From Macrostomum lignano (lineage: Eukaryota): a stretch of DNA of 64,000 nt. Shown here in pieces: positions 34,147 to 48,000 of the stretch. The stretch lies in assembly GCA_002269645.1 (NCBI GenBank), contig NIVC01001153.1:1-64000 (forward strand), in the 5' to 3' direction. Within the stretch, counting starts at the first letter, position 1. The number at the start of each line of letters is the position of its first letter. The notes beneath the pieces were generated by a model. It saw only the letters and a program-made list of their open reading frames with translations. It had not been told where the DNA came from and made no database searches. The translations under genes were made by a program, and so were the position numbers.

Positions 34147-36003
34147 CTATATTCGAACAACAGCTCCGCTTTTCTTTTTCTTCTTTGGTCTTGCCGGCAA
34201 CAGCAGGTCGATAAGGCGGTCCTGCTGCTCCGTCAAGTCGGTCATGCCGTCATCTACTTGAGCTTCCTCGGCGGCTGGTCGCTTCCTACCCGACGATCTC
34301 TTAGAATCCGAATCTGCCAGCTGCACGCTGCTCACGCCCGGCAGCTTAGCAATCTGAGCAATAGCCAGGGCGCCGTGAGCAGTCTTACGTCTGACTAGCG
34401 CGTGCTCAACTGCTGACTCACAATTGGCTGACAGGCAGGCTCTGGTCTTGTCTGGCGGCACGCCTAGCGACGCGGCCAGGGCGCAGACACCGAACGGGTC
34501 GCGCAGATCCCACTGGTTGAGAGCGCCCGAGCTGAGCACCAGCCCGTCTGGGGACAGCCTGGCCGAGGTCAGCAGCTCGAACAGCAGGGTGGCCGCCAGG
34601 ATGCGGCTCTGCTGCGAGTGCAGCATGGGCTGCAGGGACACCTGCGGGGGATGGGCGGGTGGCACAGGCTCTGATTGGTGGCCTTGGCTGTCTGTCTGTC
34701 TGTCTGTCTGTCTGTCTTAGTGTCTGTCTGTCTGTCTGTATGTCTGTCTGTCTGTCTGCCTGCCTGTCTGTATGTCTCTGTCTGTCTGCCACCTGTCCAT
34801 GTCTCCATGTCTGTCTTAGTGTTTGTTTGTATACCTATCTGTCTATTTGTCTGTCTGTCTGAGTTAGTGTCTGTGTCTCTAGATACCTAAATATCTATCT
34901 GTCAGTAGCTTAAGTCGGCCTGTCAGCCTGCCTATAGCAACTCCACACTCTCAAGTGTCCGGATGATCCGGCGTCGCAACTAACCTCAATCTTAATACCT
35001 CGCCTAACTGCTGTTCGAATGTCGCGAAAATCTGACCAGAATGTCTCCAACTTAGGCGAGCCCAGATCGCAAGCGATGAGATCCACAGGCAGAGTCTCTG
35101 CGCAGGCGTGCAGAGCCGATTGGCTCTTAGGCAGCACGGCTAACAGATCGTAGGCCTCCAGTTCTTTGGCGTGCTGACGGAAATAGGACTTCAGCTCGGT
35201 TTCTTGAACTTCCGGCCCGAAAGCTAGGGTGAGACGGCATACGCGACTTCCCGTGCGGGACCACACAGAGCCTGGAGTCGGAGTGGTTGATGGAGAAAAT
35301 ATGCTTTGAAGTTTAAATATCTGTCACTGCGCATTCTTGCAAATTTGAGTCACTGAACTTCACACCTCAGAAACTTTGAGTCACTGAACTTCACACCTCA
35401 GGAAATTTGAGTCACTAAACTTTACACCTCAGGAACTTTGAGTCCCTGAACTCCACACCTGAGGAACTTTGAGTCCCTGAACTCCACACCTGAGGAACTT
35501 TGAGTCCCTGAACTTCACACCTGAGGAAATTTGAGTCCCTGAACTCCACACCTGAGGAACTTTGAGTCCCTGAACTCCACACCTGAGGAACTTTGAGTCA
35601 CTGAACTTCACATCTCAGGAACTTTGAGTCACCTAACTTCACACCTCAGGAAGTTTGAGTCACCTAACTTCACACCTCAGGAACTTTGACTCACTGAACT
35701 TAACTTCAATTTTATCTTCATTATAAAAAATATCCGTACCCTTTAAAACAAAGTTCAACAGCACTAAAGCTTCACCACTAGGACCTTCGATATGCTCTCT
35801 GATATACTCATTCGCCATAGCCTACCGGAACCAGAAGATCCAGCCGCTGTTGGCAGAGGTGAGGGCGGCGGCGGTGGAACTTTGATGTTGGTGTGCACCG
35901 AAGCGAATGCCAGGTGCGAATAGCCGAGATTTTGGCTACGAGCCACCATGGCCTCCTGCCTGTCCAGCAGGTTCAGGTCGTAATAACGATTTGACTGCGG
36001 CAT
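34147..36003 (-). CDS. RPP30: RPP30 mirror copy, exons 36003-35826, 35271-34985, 34641-34147
   Basis: Exactly colinear with the left copy (coordinates sum to 53581). Translated exon ORFs are identical in the ORF track. Confidence 0.88.
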
Positions 36004-37873
36004 AAATAAGTGACAAGTAGTATATAGAGTTTTTATGTGACAATGCCGATGACGATGTACATTGGAATGGGTGGTGCAGACAGGGGCAGGAGTGTGTACA
36101 TTGGGGTGGGTGGTGCAGACAGGGGCAGGGAGTGTGTACATTGGGGTGGGTGGTGCAGACAGGGGCAGGGAGTGTGTACACAAGGGGTAGGGAGTGTGTA
36201 CATTAGGGTGGGTGGCGCAGACAGGGGAAGGGAGTGTGTATATTGGGGTGGGTGGTGCAGACAGGGGTAGGGAGTGTGTACATTGGGGTGGGTGGTGCAG
36301 ACAGAGGTAGGGAGTGTGTATATTGGGGTGGGTGGTGCAGACAGGAGTAGGGAGTGTGTACATTGGGGTGGGTGGTGCAGACAGAGGTAGGGAGTGTGTA
36401 TATTGGGGTGGGTGGTGCAGACAGAGATAGGAAGAGTACAGTTAATTAAAATAGAAAACAAACACGCTAATAATTTTTACTTGTAGTCTGAGAATTAAAA
36501 GTTACAAACAAATTTTACAAAAGCCCGATGCATGCTATTACCGTGCATGTACTGAATGTATTTGGTAATTAGGCTTGTAATTATTACTATCTGTTTTAAT
36601 GCATGCAATTATTAAATAATGGACAGACAGACGGGAGATTACTGCGACTGCTTAGAAGTTGCACCGTTTTTAGCTTTTTTCTATCAAAAGTGCTACTACT
36701 GCGACCAGTGTAGATATAATATTGGTTGTGACAAAACTAAAGAGACAAATTATAATTTTCTCACAGAAAAGTTGACAAAAATAAAACCCAACACCATGTT
36801 TGAACAGATAATAGAAAGTAATGAAGTCAATTTTAATCATCTTAAATTTCGTGGCCAAACACTGGAGAAAGATCACAAAAAATATAACTACGAGAGCACG
36901 ACATAAAAGTACATCCATATTTGGCCAAAAATTTTTATGCTTTCCTATCTCAGAATTACATCTCCAAGAATCCCCGTCTCCAGTCTCAGAATCCCAATCT
37001 CAGAAACTCTATTTGAACATTACAATTAATTGAATACTGCAAAATTAAAATAAGACATTATTAGCTTGTAAATATAGGCAAAGGTTACAGAAGTGCTATT
37101 TCGAGTAAACAGTTTATTTATAACTTAAATAATAAAGGGAACACAACTATAAGGACAGGCAAGGTTTACAGCGAAAAAATAATGTCGCAATATTTAAATA
37201 ATAATATGGGGTCACATATTCAGACCGCTGTTAAAATAATAAAACCAAAAACTTGAAAACGGCCAGTTGCCTTGGAAAAATATTAAGAAATTTGCAAAAA
37301 AACAACATTGCGGACTATTTTACACTACAATGCACAGCAACGGCTGTTCACCCTAGATACCAAGTGGTTGCATAGCAACGGATGTTTACCCAATTACCCT
37401 GGATACCAAGTGGTTGCATAGCAACGGATGTTTAACCTGGATACCAAGTAGTTGCATGGCAACGGATTTTTACCATGGATACCAAGTAGTTGCATGGCAA
37501 CGGATGTTTATCCTGGATACCAAGTAGTTGCATAGCAACAGATGTTTACCCTGGATACCAAGTGGTTGCATACCAACGGATGTTTACTCTGGATACAAAG
37601 CTGTTCCATAGCAAAAGAAATTTTTCTTAGATACCGGACACTTACGGTTGCTACTAACAGTAGTACAGCACAGTTGAGCGATGCTTTATGCCGCTCAATA
37701 GTTGACTTAAAATGATTTGTGGCATAGGTTATAAAAGCAACAACAACAAAATAATAATATACTGTTTAATTTTAATTTTACAGTACGCAAAATATGAAGG
37801 TTACTCTGAATAAGAAATTTCGAAAAGAGTTTTTATAATGGGAAATAAACCAAAAAAACAAACAAAGAATTGT

Positions 37874-40405
37874 TCAAGACTTAAAAGTTCGCACAACCCT
37901 TACAACGTACTGCCGGCACACGGGACAGTCCGAGCACTGTTTGCCACACTGCACACAGGTGACCATGTGGCCGCACTCCAGCAGCACACAGTCTATGGCC
38001 GCGTCCATGCAGATCTTGCACAGGTCAGAGTCGGCCAATTCGTCATGCAGGACAGCCTGTTTAGACACGGCATGCTCTCTGTACAGCCTGCGCAGTCGTT
38101 CCAGCAGTTCAGCACGTTCTAAACAGCCGCGATAGTCAACAAAGTTGCGCACTAGCAGTTGTTTAATCTCGCGAACGCTTAGCTTATCCAAATCCGATTC
38201 GTTGGCAACTTGATCCAGACTGGTCACCTCCGAGTGAGACGACGCTGCGGGGGCGGCAGGGGCGGCGGCTGCTGCTGAGGAGGAGGCCGCTTCCGCTTCT
38301 TCAATAGCGGCAGCCACTTCAGCGGCCTCCATAGCGGCCAGCAGATCCGCTGCAGCCGCTTCCGCAGCCGCGTCCTGAGCCATCTCGATGTCCTCATCGT
38401 CAGTATTTGCCGCATTGTTATCCTCGTCTGCAGCAGCGGCGGCGGCTTCTGGCGGTAAACCAGGATACGGTGGCGGCGGTACATTCGGGATGGACGACTG
38501 CGACAGGGTGTCTGTCGACCGTTCCATCGCTTCCGGTAGTTGAGCAGCTTCCGGTAGTTGAGCAGCTTCCGGTAGTTGAGCAGCTTCCGGTAGTTGAGCA
38601 GCTTCCGGTGGTTGAGCAGCTTCCGGTGGTTGAGCAGCTTCCGGTAGTTGAGCAGCTTCCGGTGGTTGAGTAGCTTCCGGTGGTTGAGCAGCTTCCGGTA
38701 GTTGAGCAGCTTCCGGTGGTTGAGCATGGGAATCTTCTGGTTGATGTTGATTTTCACGCTGACTTGTACTCGTAGAAGCAGTTTGTTGTCGTTGCTGTCC
38801 AAAAATATATTGTTTAAACAGATCAGATTAAAGCATGCGTGATTGAAACACCATATACATACTGTTTCATAACCGTATTAGGGAACTGCTGAACCATCTC
38901 TGCTGCAATCTAACCAATCACCATATTAGGGAACTGCTGAACCATCTCTGCTGCAATCTAACCAATGACCATATTAGGGAACTGCTGAACCATCTCTGCT
39001 GCAATCTAACCAATGACCATATTAGGGAACTGCTGAACCATCTCTGCTGCAATCTAACCAATCACCATATTAGGGAACTGCTGAACCATCTCTGCTGCAA
39101 GCTAACCAATGACCATATTAGGGAACTGCTGAACCATCTCTGCTGCAATCTAACCAATCACCATATTAGGGAACTGCTGAACCATCTCTGCTGCAATCTA
39201 ACCAATCACCATATTAGGGAACTGCTGAACCATCTCTGCTGCAATCTAACCAATGACCATATTAGGGAGCTGCTGAACCATCTCTGCTGCAATCTAACCA
39301 ATGACCATATTAGGGAACTGCTGAACCATCTCTGCTGCAATCTAACCAATCACCATATTAGGGAACTGCTGAACCATCTCTGCTGCAATCTAACCAATCA
39401 CCATATTAGGGAGCTGCTGAACCATCTCTGCTGCAATCTAACCAATCACCATATTAGGGAACTGCTGAACCATCTCTGCTGCAATCTAACCAATGACCAT
39501 ATTAGGGAGCTGCTGAACCATCTCTGCTGCAATCTAACCAATGACCATATTAGGGAACTGCTGAACCATCTCTGCTGCAATCTAACCAATGACCATATTA
39601 GGGAGCTGCTGAACCATCTCTGCTGCAATCTAACCAATGACCATATTAGGGAACTACTGAACCATCTCTGCTGCAATCTAACCAATCACCATATTAGGGA
39701 ACTACTGAACCATCTCTGCTGCAATCTAACCAATGACCATATTAGGGAACTACTGAACCATCTCTGCTGCAATCTAACCAATGACCATATTAGGGAACTA
39801 CTGAACCATCTCTGCTGCAATCTAACCTGTCTCTGGGCGCCACCGGCCAGTTGCTCCATATTCGACGCCATCTGAGCCAGCCTCTCGTGCTGGTGCCGCC
39901 TCTCATCCGCCCGGGCCCGCCGGTACTCGACATTGCCGAACCTGTCCATCACCAAATCGGCCAGCTGATTCTTCTCTTTCAAGCCTCGCAGCTCGTCATT
40001 CTGCGTGCCAGTCCGCTGCAGAAACCAGAACAGATCCCTAACTCGTAGCTCCATCAATTGTTCGTAAGTGAAATTCGGATTAGAGAACACCTGACAACGA
40101 GAGCAGGCTGGCACAACCGTATTACTAACAGCGTCTCGAAGTGGCAGAGCGGAGCCCAGCTGCACTCTGCCACTCACTGGTACATTGGCCACGCAGGTAC
40201 GACAGAAATAATAACGACAGATTGCGCAACGCTGACGCTTTGGAAACAGAGTGGCGAATTGGCCGCGACAGTCGTTGCAGCGACTGTTGACGCCAGTTGA
40301 ACTGGCGCTGCTGCTACCACCGGCGCCTGAGCCTGTGGTCTGCTGCTTTACAACATTGCTCATCGCCTCAAACTTGTCGGCGATGTTGACAAAGAAATTC
40401 GACAT
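37874..40405 (-). CDS. RNF34: RNF34/RFFL-like mirror copy, exons 40405-39827, 38794-37874 (499 aa)
   Basis: Same motifs. Exon 2 is 36 nt shorter (two fewer 18-bp units). Confidence 0.88.
38879..39826. repeat. Mirror 48-bp repeat, 20 copies
   Basis: Intron is 1032 nt vs 216 nt, a difference of 816 = 17 x 48. Confidence 0.95.
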
Positions 40406-40560
40406 GGCTGCTGTCTATTTTAGCATCAATCGATCAATATGAGTTGCTGTCAGTGATTGTATAGAAATTATATTAGAAATACAAGTTCAGGTTTGATTTT
40501 TAGTATATGGATTTGTGGCGTATGAGGGCCATTGCAAAAATGCTCTGGCTCTTAGGGTAA

Positions 40561-43500
40561 TTGCTTGAGATGTCAAGGCTCACAGGGGAATTGCTGAGAT
40601 GTCAAGGCTCACAGGGAATTGCTGAGATGTCAAGGCTCACAGGGGAATTGCTGAGATGTCAAGGCTCACAGGGGGGGGGATTGCTGAGATGTCAAGGCTC
40701 ACAGGGGAATTGCTGAGATGTCAAGGCTCACAGGGGAATTGCTGAGATGTCAAGGCTCACAGGGGAATTGCTGAGATGTCAAGGCTCACAGGGGAATTGC
40801 TGAGATGTCAAGGCTCACAGGGAAATTGCTGAGATGTCAAGGCTCACAGGGAATTGCTGAGATGTCAAGGCTCACAGGGGGGGGGATGGCTGAGATGTCA
40901 AGGCTCACAGGGGGGGGATGGCTGAGATGTCAAGGCTCACAGGGGAATTGCTGAGATGTCAAGGCTCACAGGGGGGGGATGGCTGAGATGTCAAGGCTCA
41001 CAGGGGGGGGGGATTGCTGAGATGTCAAGGCTCACAGGGGGGATTGCTGAGATGTCAAGGCTCACAGGGGGGGATTGCTGAGATGTCAAGGCTCACAGGG
41101 GGGGATTGCTGAGATGTCAAGGCTCACAGGGGGGGATTGCTGAGATGTCAAGGCTCACAGGGGGGGGGGATTGCTGAGATGTCAAGGCCCACAGGGGGGG
41201 GGGTTGCTGAGATGTCAAGGCTCACAAGGGGGGATTGCTGAGATGTCAAGGCTCACAGGGGGGATTGCTGAGATGTCAAGGCTCACAGGGGGGGGGATTG
41301 CTGAGATGTCAAGGCTCACAGGGGGGGATTGCTGAGATGTCAAGGCTCACAGGGAGGGGGATTGCTGAGATGTCAAGGCTCACAGGGGGGGGGATTGCTG
41401 AGATGTCAAGGCTCACAGGGGGGGGATTGCTGAGATGTCAAGGCTCACAGGGGGGGATTGCTGAGATGTCAAGGCTCACAGGGGGGGGATTGCTGAGATG
41501 TCAAGGCTCACAGGGGGGGATTGCTGAGATGTCAAGGCTCACAGGGGGGGATTGCTGAGATGTCAAGGCTCACAGGGGGGGGGGATTGCTGAGATGTCAA
41601 GGCTCACAGGGGGGATTGCTGAGATGTCAAGGCTCACGGGTGGAATTGCTGAGATGTTAAGGCTCACAGCCACAGGGGGGATTGCTGAGATGTCAAGGCT
41701 CACAGGGGGGGATTGCTGAGATGTCAAGGCTCACAGGGAATTGCTGAGATTTCAAGGCTCACAGGGGGGGATTGCTGAGATGTCAAGGCTCACAGGGGGG
41801 GGGATTGCTGAGATGTCAAGGCTCACAGGGGGGGGATTGCTGAGATGTCAAGGCTCACAGGGGGGGATTGCTGAGATGTCAAGGCTCACAGGGGGGGATT
41901 GCTGAGATGTCAAGGCTCACAGGGAGGGGGATTGCTGAGATGTCAAGGCTCACAGGGGGGGGGGATTGCTGAGATGTCAAGGCTCACAGGGGGGGGATTG
42001 CTGAGATGTCAAGGCTCACAGGGGGGGGATTGCTGAGATGTCAAGGCTCACAGGGGGGGATTGCTGAGATGTCAAGGCTCACAGGGGGGATTGCTGAGAT
42101 GTCAAGGCTCACAGGGGGGATTGCTGAGATGTCAAGGCTCACAGGGGGGGGGGATTGCTGAGATGTCAAGGCTCACAGGGGGATTGCTGAGATGTCAAGG
42201 CTCACGGGTGGAATTGCTGAGATGTTAAGGCTCACAGCCACAGGGGGGATTGCTGAGATGTCAAGGCTCACAGGGGGGGATTGCTGAGATGTCAAGGCTC
42301 ACAGGGAATTGCTGAGATGTCAAGGCTCACAGGGAATTGCTGAGATTTCAAGGCTCACAGGGGGGGGGGATTGCTAAGATGTCAAGGCTCACAGGGGGGG
42401 GATTGCTGAGATGTCAAGGCTCACAGGGGGGGGATTGCTGAGATGTCAAGGCTCACAGGGGGGGGATTGCTGAGATGTCAAGGCTCACAGGGGAATTGCT
42501 GAGATGTCAAGGCTCACAGGGAATTGCTGAGATGTCAAGGCTCACAGGGGAATTGCTGAGATGTCAAGGCTCACAGGGGAATTGCTGAGATGTCAAGGCT
42601 CACAGGGAAATTGCTGAGATGTCAAGGCTCACAGGGAATTGCTGAGATGTCAAGGCTCACAGGGGGGGGGATGGCTGAGATGTCAAGGCTCACAGGGGGG
42701 GGGATGGCTGAGATGTCAAGGCTCACAGGGGAATTGCTGAGATGTCAAGGCTCACAGGGGGGGGGATGGCTGAGATGTCAAGGCTCACAGGGGGGGATTG
42801 CTGAGATGTCAAGGCTCACAGGGGGGGATTGCTGAGATGTCAAGGCTCACAGGGGGGGATTGCTGAGATGTCAAGGCTCACAGGGGGGGATTGCTGAGAT
42901 GTCAAGGCTCACAGGGGGGGATTGCTGAGATGTCAAGGCTCACAGGGGGGGGGATTGCTGAGATGTCAAGGCCCACAGGGGGGGGTTGCTGAGATGTCAA
43001 GGCTCACAAGGGGGATTGCTGAGATGTCAAGGCTCACAGGGGGGATTGCTGAGATGTCAAGGCTCACAGGGGGGGGGGATTGCTGAGATGTCAAGGCTCA
43101 CAGGGGGGGATTGCTGAGATGTCAAGGCTCACAGGGGGGGGATTGCTGAGATGTCAAGGCTCACAGGGGGGGGGGATTGCTGAGATGTCAAGGCTCACAG
43201 GGGGGGGATTGCTGAGATGTCAAGGCTCACAGGGGGGGGATTGCTGAGATGTCAAGGCTCACAGGGGGGGATTGCTGAGATGTCAAGGCTCACAGGGGGG
43301 ATTGCTGAGATGTCAAGGCTCACAGGGGGGGATTGCTGAGATGTCAAGGCTCACAGGGGGGGGGATTGCTGAGATGTCAAGGCTCACAGGGGGGATTGCT
43401 GAGATGTCAAGGCTCACGGGTGGAATTGCTGAGATGTTAAGGCTCACAGCCACAGGGGGATTGCTGAGATGTCAAGGCTCACAGGGGGGGATTGCTGAGA

Positions 43501-45077
43501 TGTCAAGGCTCACAGGGAATTGCTGAGATTTCAAGGCTCACAGGGGGGGGGGATTGCTAAGATGTCAAGGCTCACAGGGGGGGGGATTGCTGAGATGTCA
43601 AGGCTCACAGGGGGGGGGATTGCTGAGATGTCAAGGCTCACAGGGGGGGATTGCTGAGATGTCAAGGCTCACAGGGGGGATTGCTGAGATGTCAAGGCTC
43701 ACAGGGGGGGATTGCTGAGATGTCAAGGCTCACAGGGGGGATTGCTGAGATGTCAAGGCTCACAGGGGGGATTGCTGAGATGTCAAGGCTCACGGGTGGA
43801 ATTGCTGAGATGTTAAGGCTCACAGCCACAGGGGGGATTGCTGAGATGTCTAGGCTAAGGCTCACAGGGGAATCGCTGATGTCAAGGCTCACAGGGGAAT
43901 CGCTGACGCTGAGATATCAAGGCCGTGATGGGGAATTGCTGAGATGTCAAGGCTCACAGGGGAATGGCTAAGATGGCAAGGCTCACAGGGAATTGCTGAG
44001 ATTTCAAGGCTCACAGGGAATTGCTGAGATGGCAAGGCTCACAGGAGAATTGCTGAGATGTCAAGGCTCACAAGGGAATTGCTGAGATGTCAAGGCACTC
44101 ACAGGTGGGATTGCTGAGATGTCAAGGCTCACAGGGGGGATGGCTGAGATGTCAAGGCTCACAGGGGGGGATTGCTGAGATGTCAAGGCTCACAGGGGGG
44201 GGGATTGCTGAGATGTCAAGGCTCACAGGGAATTGCTGAGATTTCAAGGCTCACAGGGGGGGGGGGATTGCTGAGATGTCAAGGCTAACGGGTGGAATTG
44301 CTGAGATGTTAAGGCTCACAGCCACAGGGGAGATTGCTGAGATGTCAAGGCTCACAGGGGGGGATTGCTGAGATGTCAAGGCTCACAGGGAATTGCTGAG
44401 ATTTCAAGGCTCACAGGGGGGGGGATTGCTGAGATGTCAAGGCTCACGGGTGGAATTGCTGAGATGTTAAGGCTCACAGCCACAGGGGGGATTGCTGAGA
44501 TGTCAAGGCTCACAGGGGGGGGATTTCTGAGATGTCAAGGCTCACAGGGAATTGCTGAGATTTCAAGGCTCACAGGGAATTGCTGAGATTTCAAGGCTCA
44601 CAGGGGAATGGCTAAGATGGCAAGGCTCACAGGGAATTGCTGAGATTTCAAGGCTCACAGGGAATTGCTGAGATGGCAAGGCTCACAGGAGAATTGCTGA
44701 GATGTCAAGGCTCACAGGGGAATTGCTGAGATGTCAAGGCACTCACAAGTGGGATTGCTGAGATGTCAAGGCTCACAGGGAATTGCTGAGATGTCAAGGC
44801 TCACAGGGGAATGGCTAAGATGGCAAGGCTCACAGGGAATTGCTGAGATGTTAAGGCTCACAGCCACAGGGGGGATTGCTGAGATGTCTAGGCTAAGGCT
44901 CACAGGGGAATCGCTGACGCTGAGATATCAAGGCCGTGATGAGGAATTGCTGAGATGTCAAGGCTCACAGGGGAATGGCTAAGATGGCAAGGCTCACAGG
45001 AGAATTGCTGAGATTTCAAGGCTCACAGGGAATTGCTGAGATGTCAAGGCTCACAGGGGAATTGCTTGGATGTCAAG
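40561..45077. repeat. Mirror of the same satellite, ~4.5 kb
   Basis: Reverse-complement unit (G)nATTGCTGAGATGTCAAGGCTCACAG. Confidence 0.97.
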
Positions 45078-48000
45078 GGTTAATTAACTGGAGGATGTTG
45101 GTAGGCCAAGCATCAAAGGAAGAGTTAGTATTACATCATGGTTTAAAGGGAAGCTTTGATACCAAAACTCACAAGGATACTGATATCTTAGGCTAATAGC
45201 TGATTGGTTTTCAAAGCTGGTGCTTTTTTTAAACATCATTTTACTTGAGACACTGGCAATAGACTATATGAGGTTGAAACCTCATGCACAATCATTGCAA
45301 ATTTTTATCTGGATATGAAAAAACTTTAAAAGATATAGTCAATATAAAAGCTTGCTTCTTTCAATTCTAAACCAACCTAGGCCCAATATATATATAGGAC
45401 CAAACAACCAAACAGCAAACTGAACCTACTGAAAAAAGTTCAAATAATATTTTGACTTACCTATTTTTTAAAGAGTCAAATAAAAAGAACATATAGTTTA
45501 CTATTTAAACTACAAATGTACTAAATATAAATACTAAGATTAGAAAGAAATAAAGATTTTGGAAAATACATCTAAATATACTAAATATATAGTACTAAGA
45601 GTGTTGGGAAAAGGGAAAAGGAGCTTCAAAGGACTTTTTAGCCAATGATATAGACTTAGATAGTTTCCAACATAGCGCAACTAAACTAAGCATGCAAATG
45701 ACAAGTATCACTAGGTGCAAAAGCCAAGCAAATATTCCCAAATATATAAGGTGACATTTGGTTAGTTTGTCATCCACCAAAAAAATATTGCCTAGGCCTA
45801 GGCCTATTGTAGACTTAATTTACATATGCAAGATGCCCGTGCATTTTGAGAAAGTAAAATAAAGGAGACTGTTTGACTGATCCCAAAATAAAGGAGATTT
45901 AATTTGGTAATATAACAATGACAGGCAATGTCTGTCTAAGACCTGTATAGGCAAACTCTGGCTTTTTGCCTTTGCATCTCTATGTCCTTTGGGTCTTCTG
46001 AAACTTCTATCTTTTTTCTATCTCCTTTTTTCTCTCTTTTCTCTTCTGTTCTATCTTTCCTTTTATCTATTTTCTGGAAATACAATTCTTTTGGATTCTT
46101 TCCATTTTCCTGTCCTCTCTATTTTCTTCTCTTTTCTTTCATCTTGCTTATCTCTATTCTTTTTTCTACTCTTTCCTGTATCCCCTCTGGGATCTTTCAT
46201 CTTTCCTCTCATCTCTTCCCTCTTCTTTTCTCTTTCCTTTGCTATCCCCTCTATCTCCTCTCTTCTCCTAACTCTCTCCCCTATTATCTCTTCTCTTTAA
46301 TCTCTTCTCTCTTATCTTTATCTCATTTTTCTCTCTCTTCCCTTCTCTCTTTTCCTTTATCTCTTCTCTCTCTCATCTCATCTCTCCTCTCTCTTCTTGT
46401 CTCTCTTATTTGCCTCTTTTCCCCTCTATTGTCCTTGCACTCCTTTTCCCTCCTCCCTTTTCTCTGCCCTCTCTCTCTCTCTCTCCTTACCCTCCTGTCT
46501 CCTCTTATATTTTATATTTTATCTTTTTCTTTCTCTCACTTTTCCTTTCTCTTATTGTCTATTCATTTTCTTTCCACTCTTATCTGCCCTTGTAGCCATT
46601 AGCTAGATTTTTATCTGGACTTTGAGGTAAAAATCTGCTAGGCCTAATCCCTGCTTCAAAAACCAGTTGTACTTATGTACTCTCTTAGTTGTACTCTCAA
46701 GGGACATAGTACTCTCATGGTTGTTTTATTCTGTAGCCTATTTGTTGACTGCTTTGATCACATGATATTTCTAGCCAATTTGCAGTCCTGAGAAGAACTT
46801 GTATATTTCTAGCTCCACAGTTCCACATATTTGATATTGTGGCTAACTTAGGGTTGATGCTTTAAAGTTTATTTAGGCCCTAATTATTAACTAATCATAT
46901 ATACAAAACTTTGTTGAGACTTACAAACTATTCTTCTACATAACTTTGTTTAGGAAAATAGTCTTCTTAAAAATGATTATTTAAAAGGACCCTAAGGCTA
47001 AAGTAACAATAGGGCCTACATTAAAGAATTCACCAGTAAGTACAAGTGCTAGGAGCTAAAGTGGCTAAAATAAAGAAAGTCCCAAAAATCTTCTAAATAA
47101 AGGAGATAAAGGAGGGGTTTGCCAAATAAAGGAGAATAGGCCTAAAGGAGATAAAGGAGATAAAGGAGGGCGCGGGCACCCTGCAAATGCTGCTGCTACA
47201 GCAGAGGCCTACAAGTGCAAAAGGTAGGCCTAGAAAATGTACCTAGGGCCTAAGCTATCTAACTATCATCTTATCTAGGCCTATGACTATGACTATTTTA
47301 GAATTTAGTATTGACTATGTCTTTGATTCAGACATGAGTAGAATAATAACCTGATTACCATTACCAATTACCATTGCCATTGCCCGGCATTGGCATTAGA
47401 AAACAAAATCAAATATAGGCCAAATCTGTATTCTAGATCTAGATATAAGATAGTGTAATGTTTGCTCATCGAACTTGGATAATATAATAATATTAAATGT
47501 GTGTACGAATAAACATAACTGAGCATACCTATTCCTACTAGGTAACTAAACCCTACTCCATAAAATAATTGATAATTAATGTTTTATTATATTTATATTA
47601 CGTAAAAAATCCAATTTGTGTGTAAAACTCTGTCTTTATTATTTTCATTTTATTGCTATTTTTAGCAATAAATACGTTAGCTAAGCCTACTTACAATAAT
47701 AGCGAGGCATTCAAATATTTAATATTGATTATTGTTATACATTAGTATAAATTAGCGTAGTGCATTTTTGAATGTTATATTTTTACATCATTTTCTAAGA
47801 CACCGACCCACATGCTCGTTGGTTGATTAGATTTAGATACCAAACGGCTAAGATTTTACCCTAAATTCGTAGTAAGGGTTTTTACAGTTTACCTGTTGGT
47901 TGTTTCTATCAGTCAGTGCAAGGGATTACACCGCCGCGAAATTCGAATTTTGCTATAGCGCCGCTAAAATTTTGCATTTTGCTTTTGCAATAATTAGTAT

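Noticed and set aside
40561-45077. G-run satellite as a canonical G-quadruplex array or telomeric repeat
   Set aside because: G tracts are separated by ~25-nt loops, and the unit is not telomere-like.
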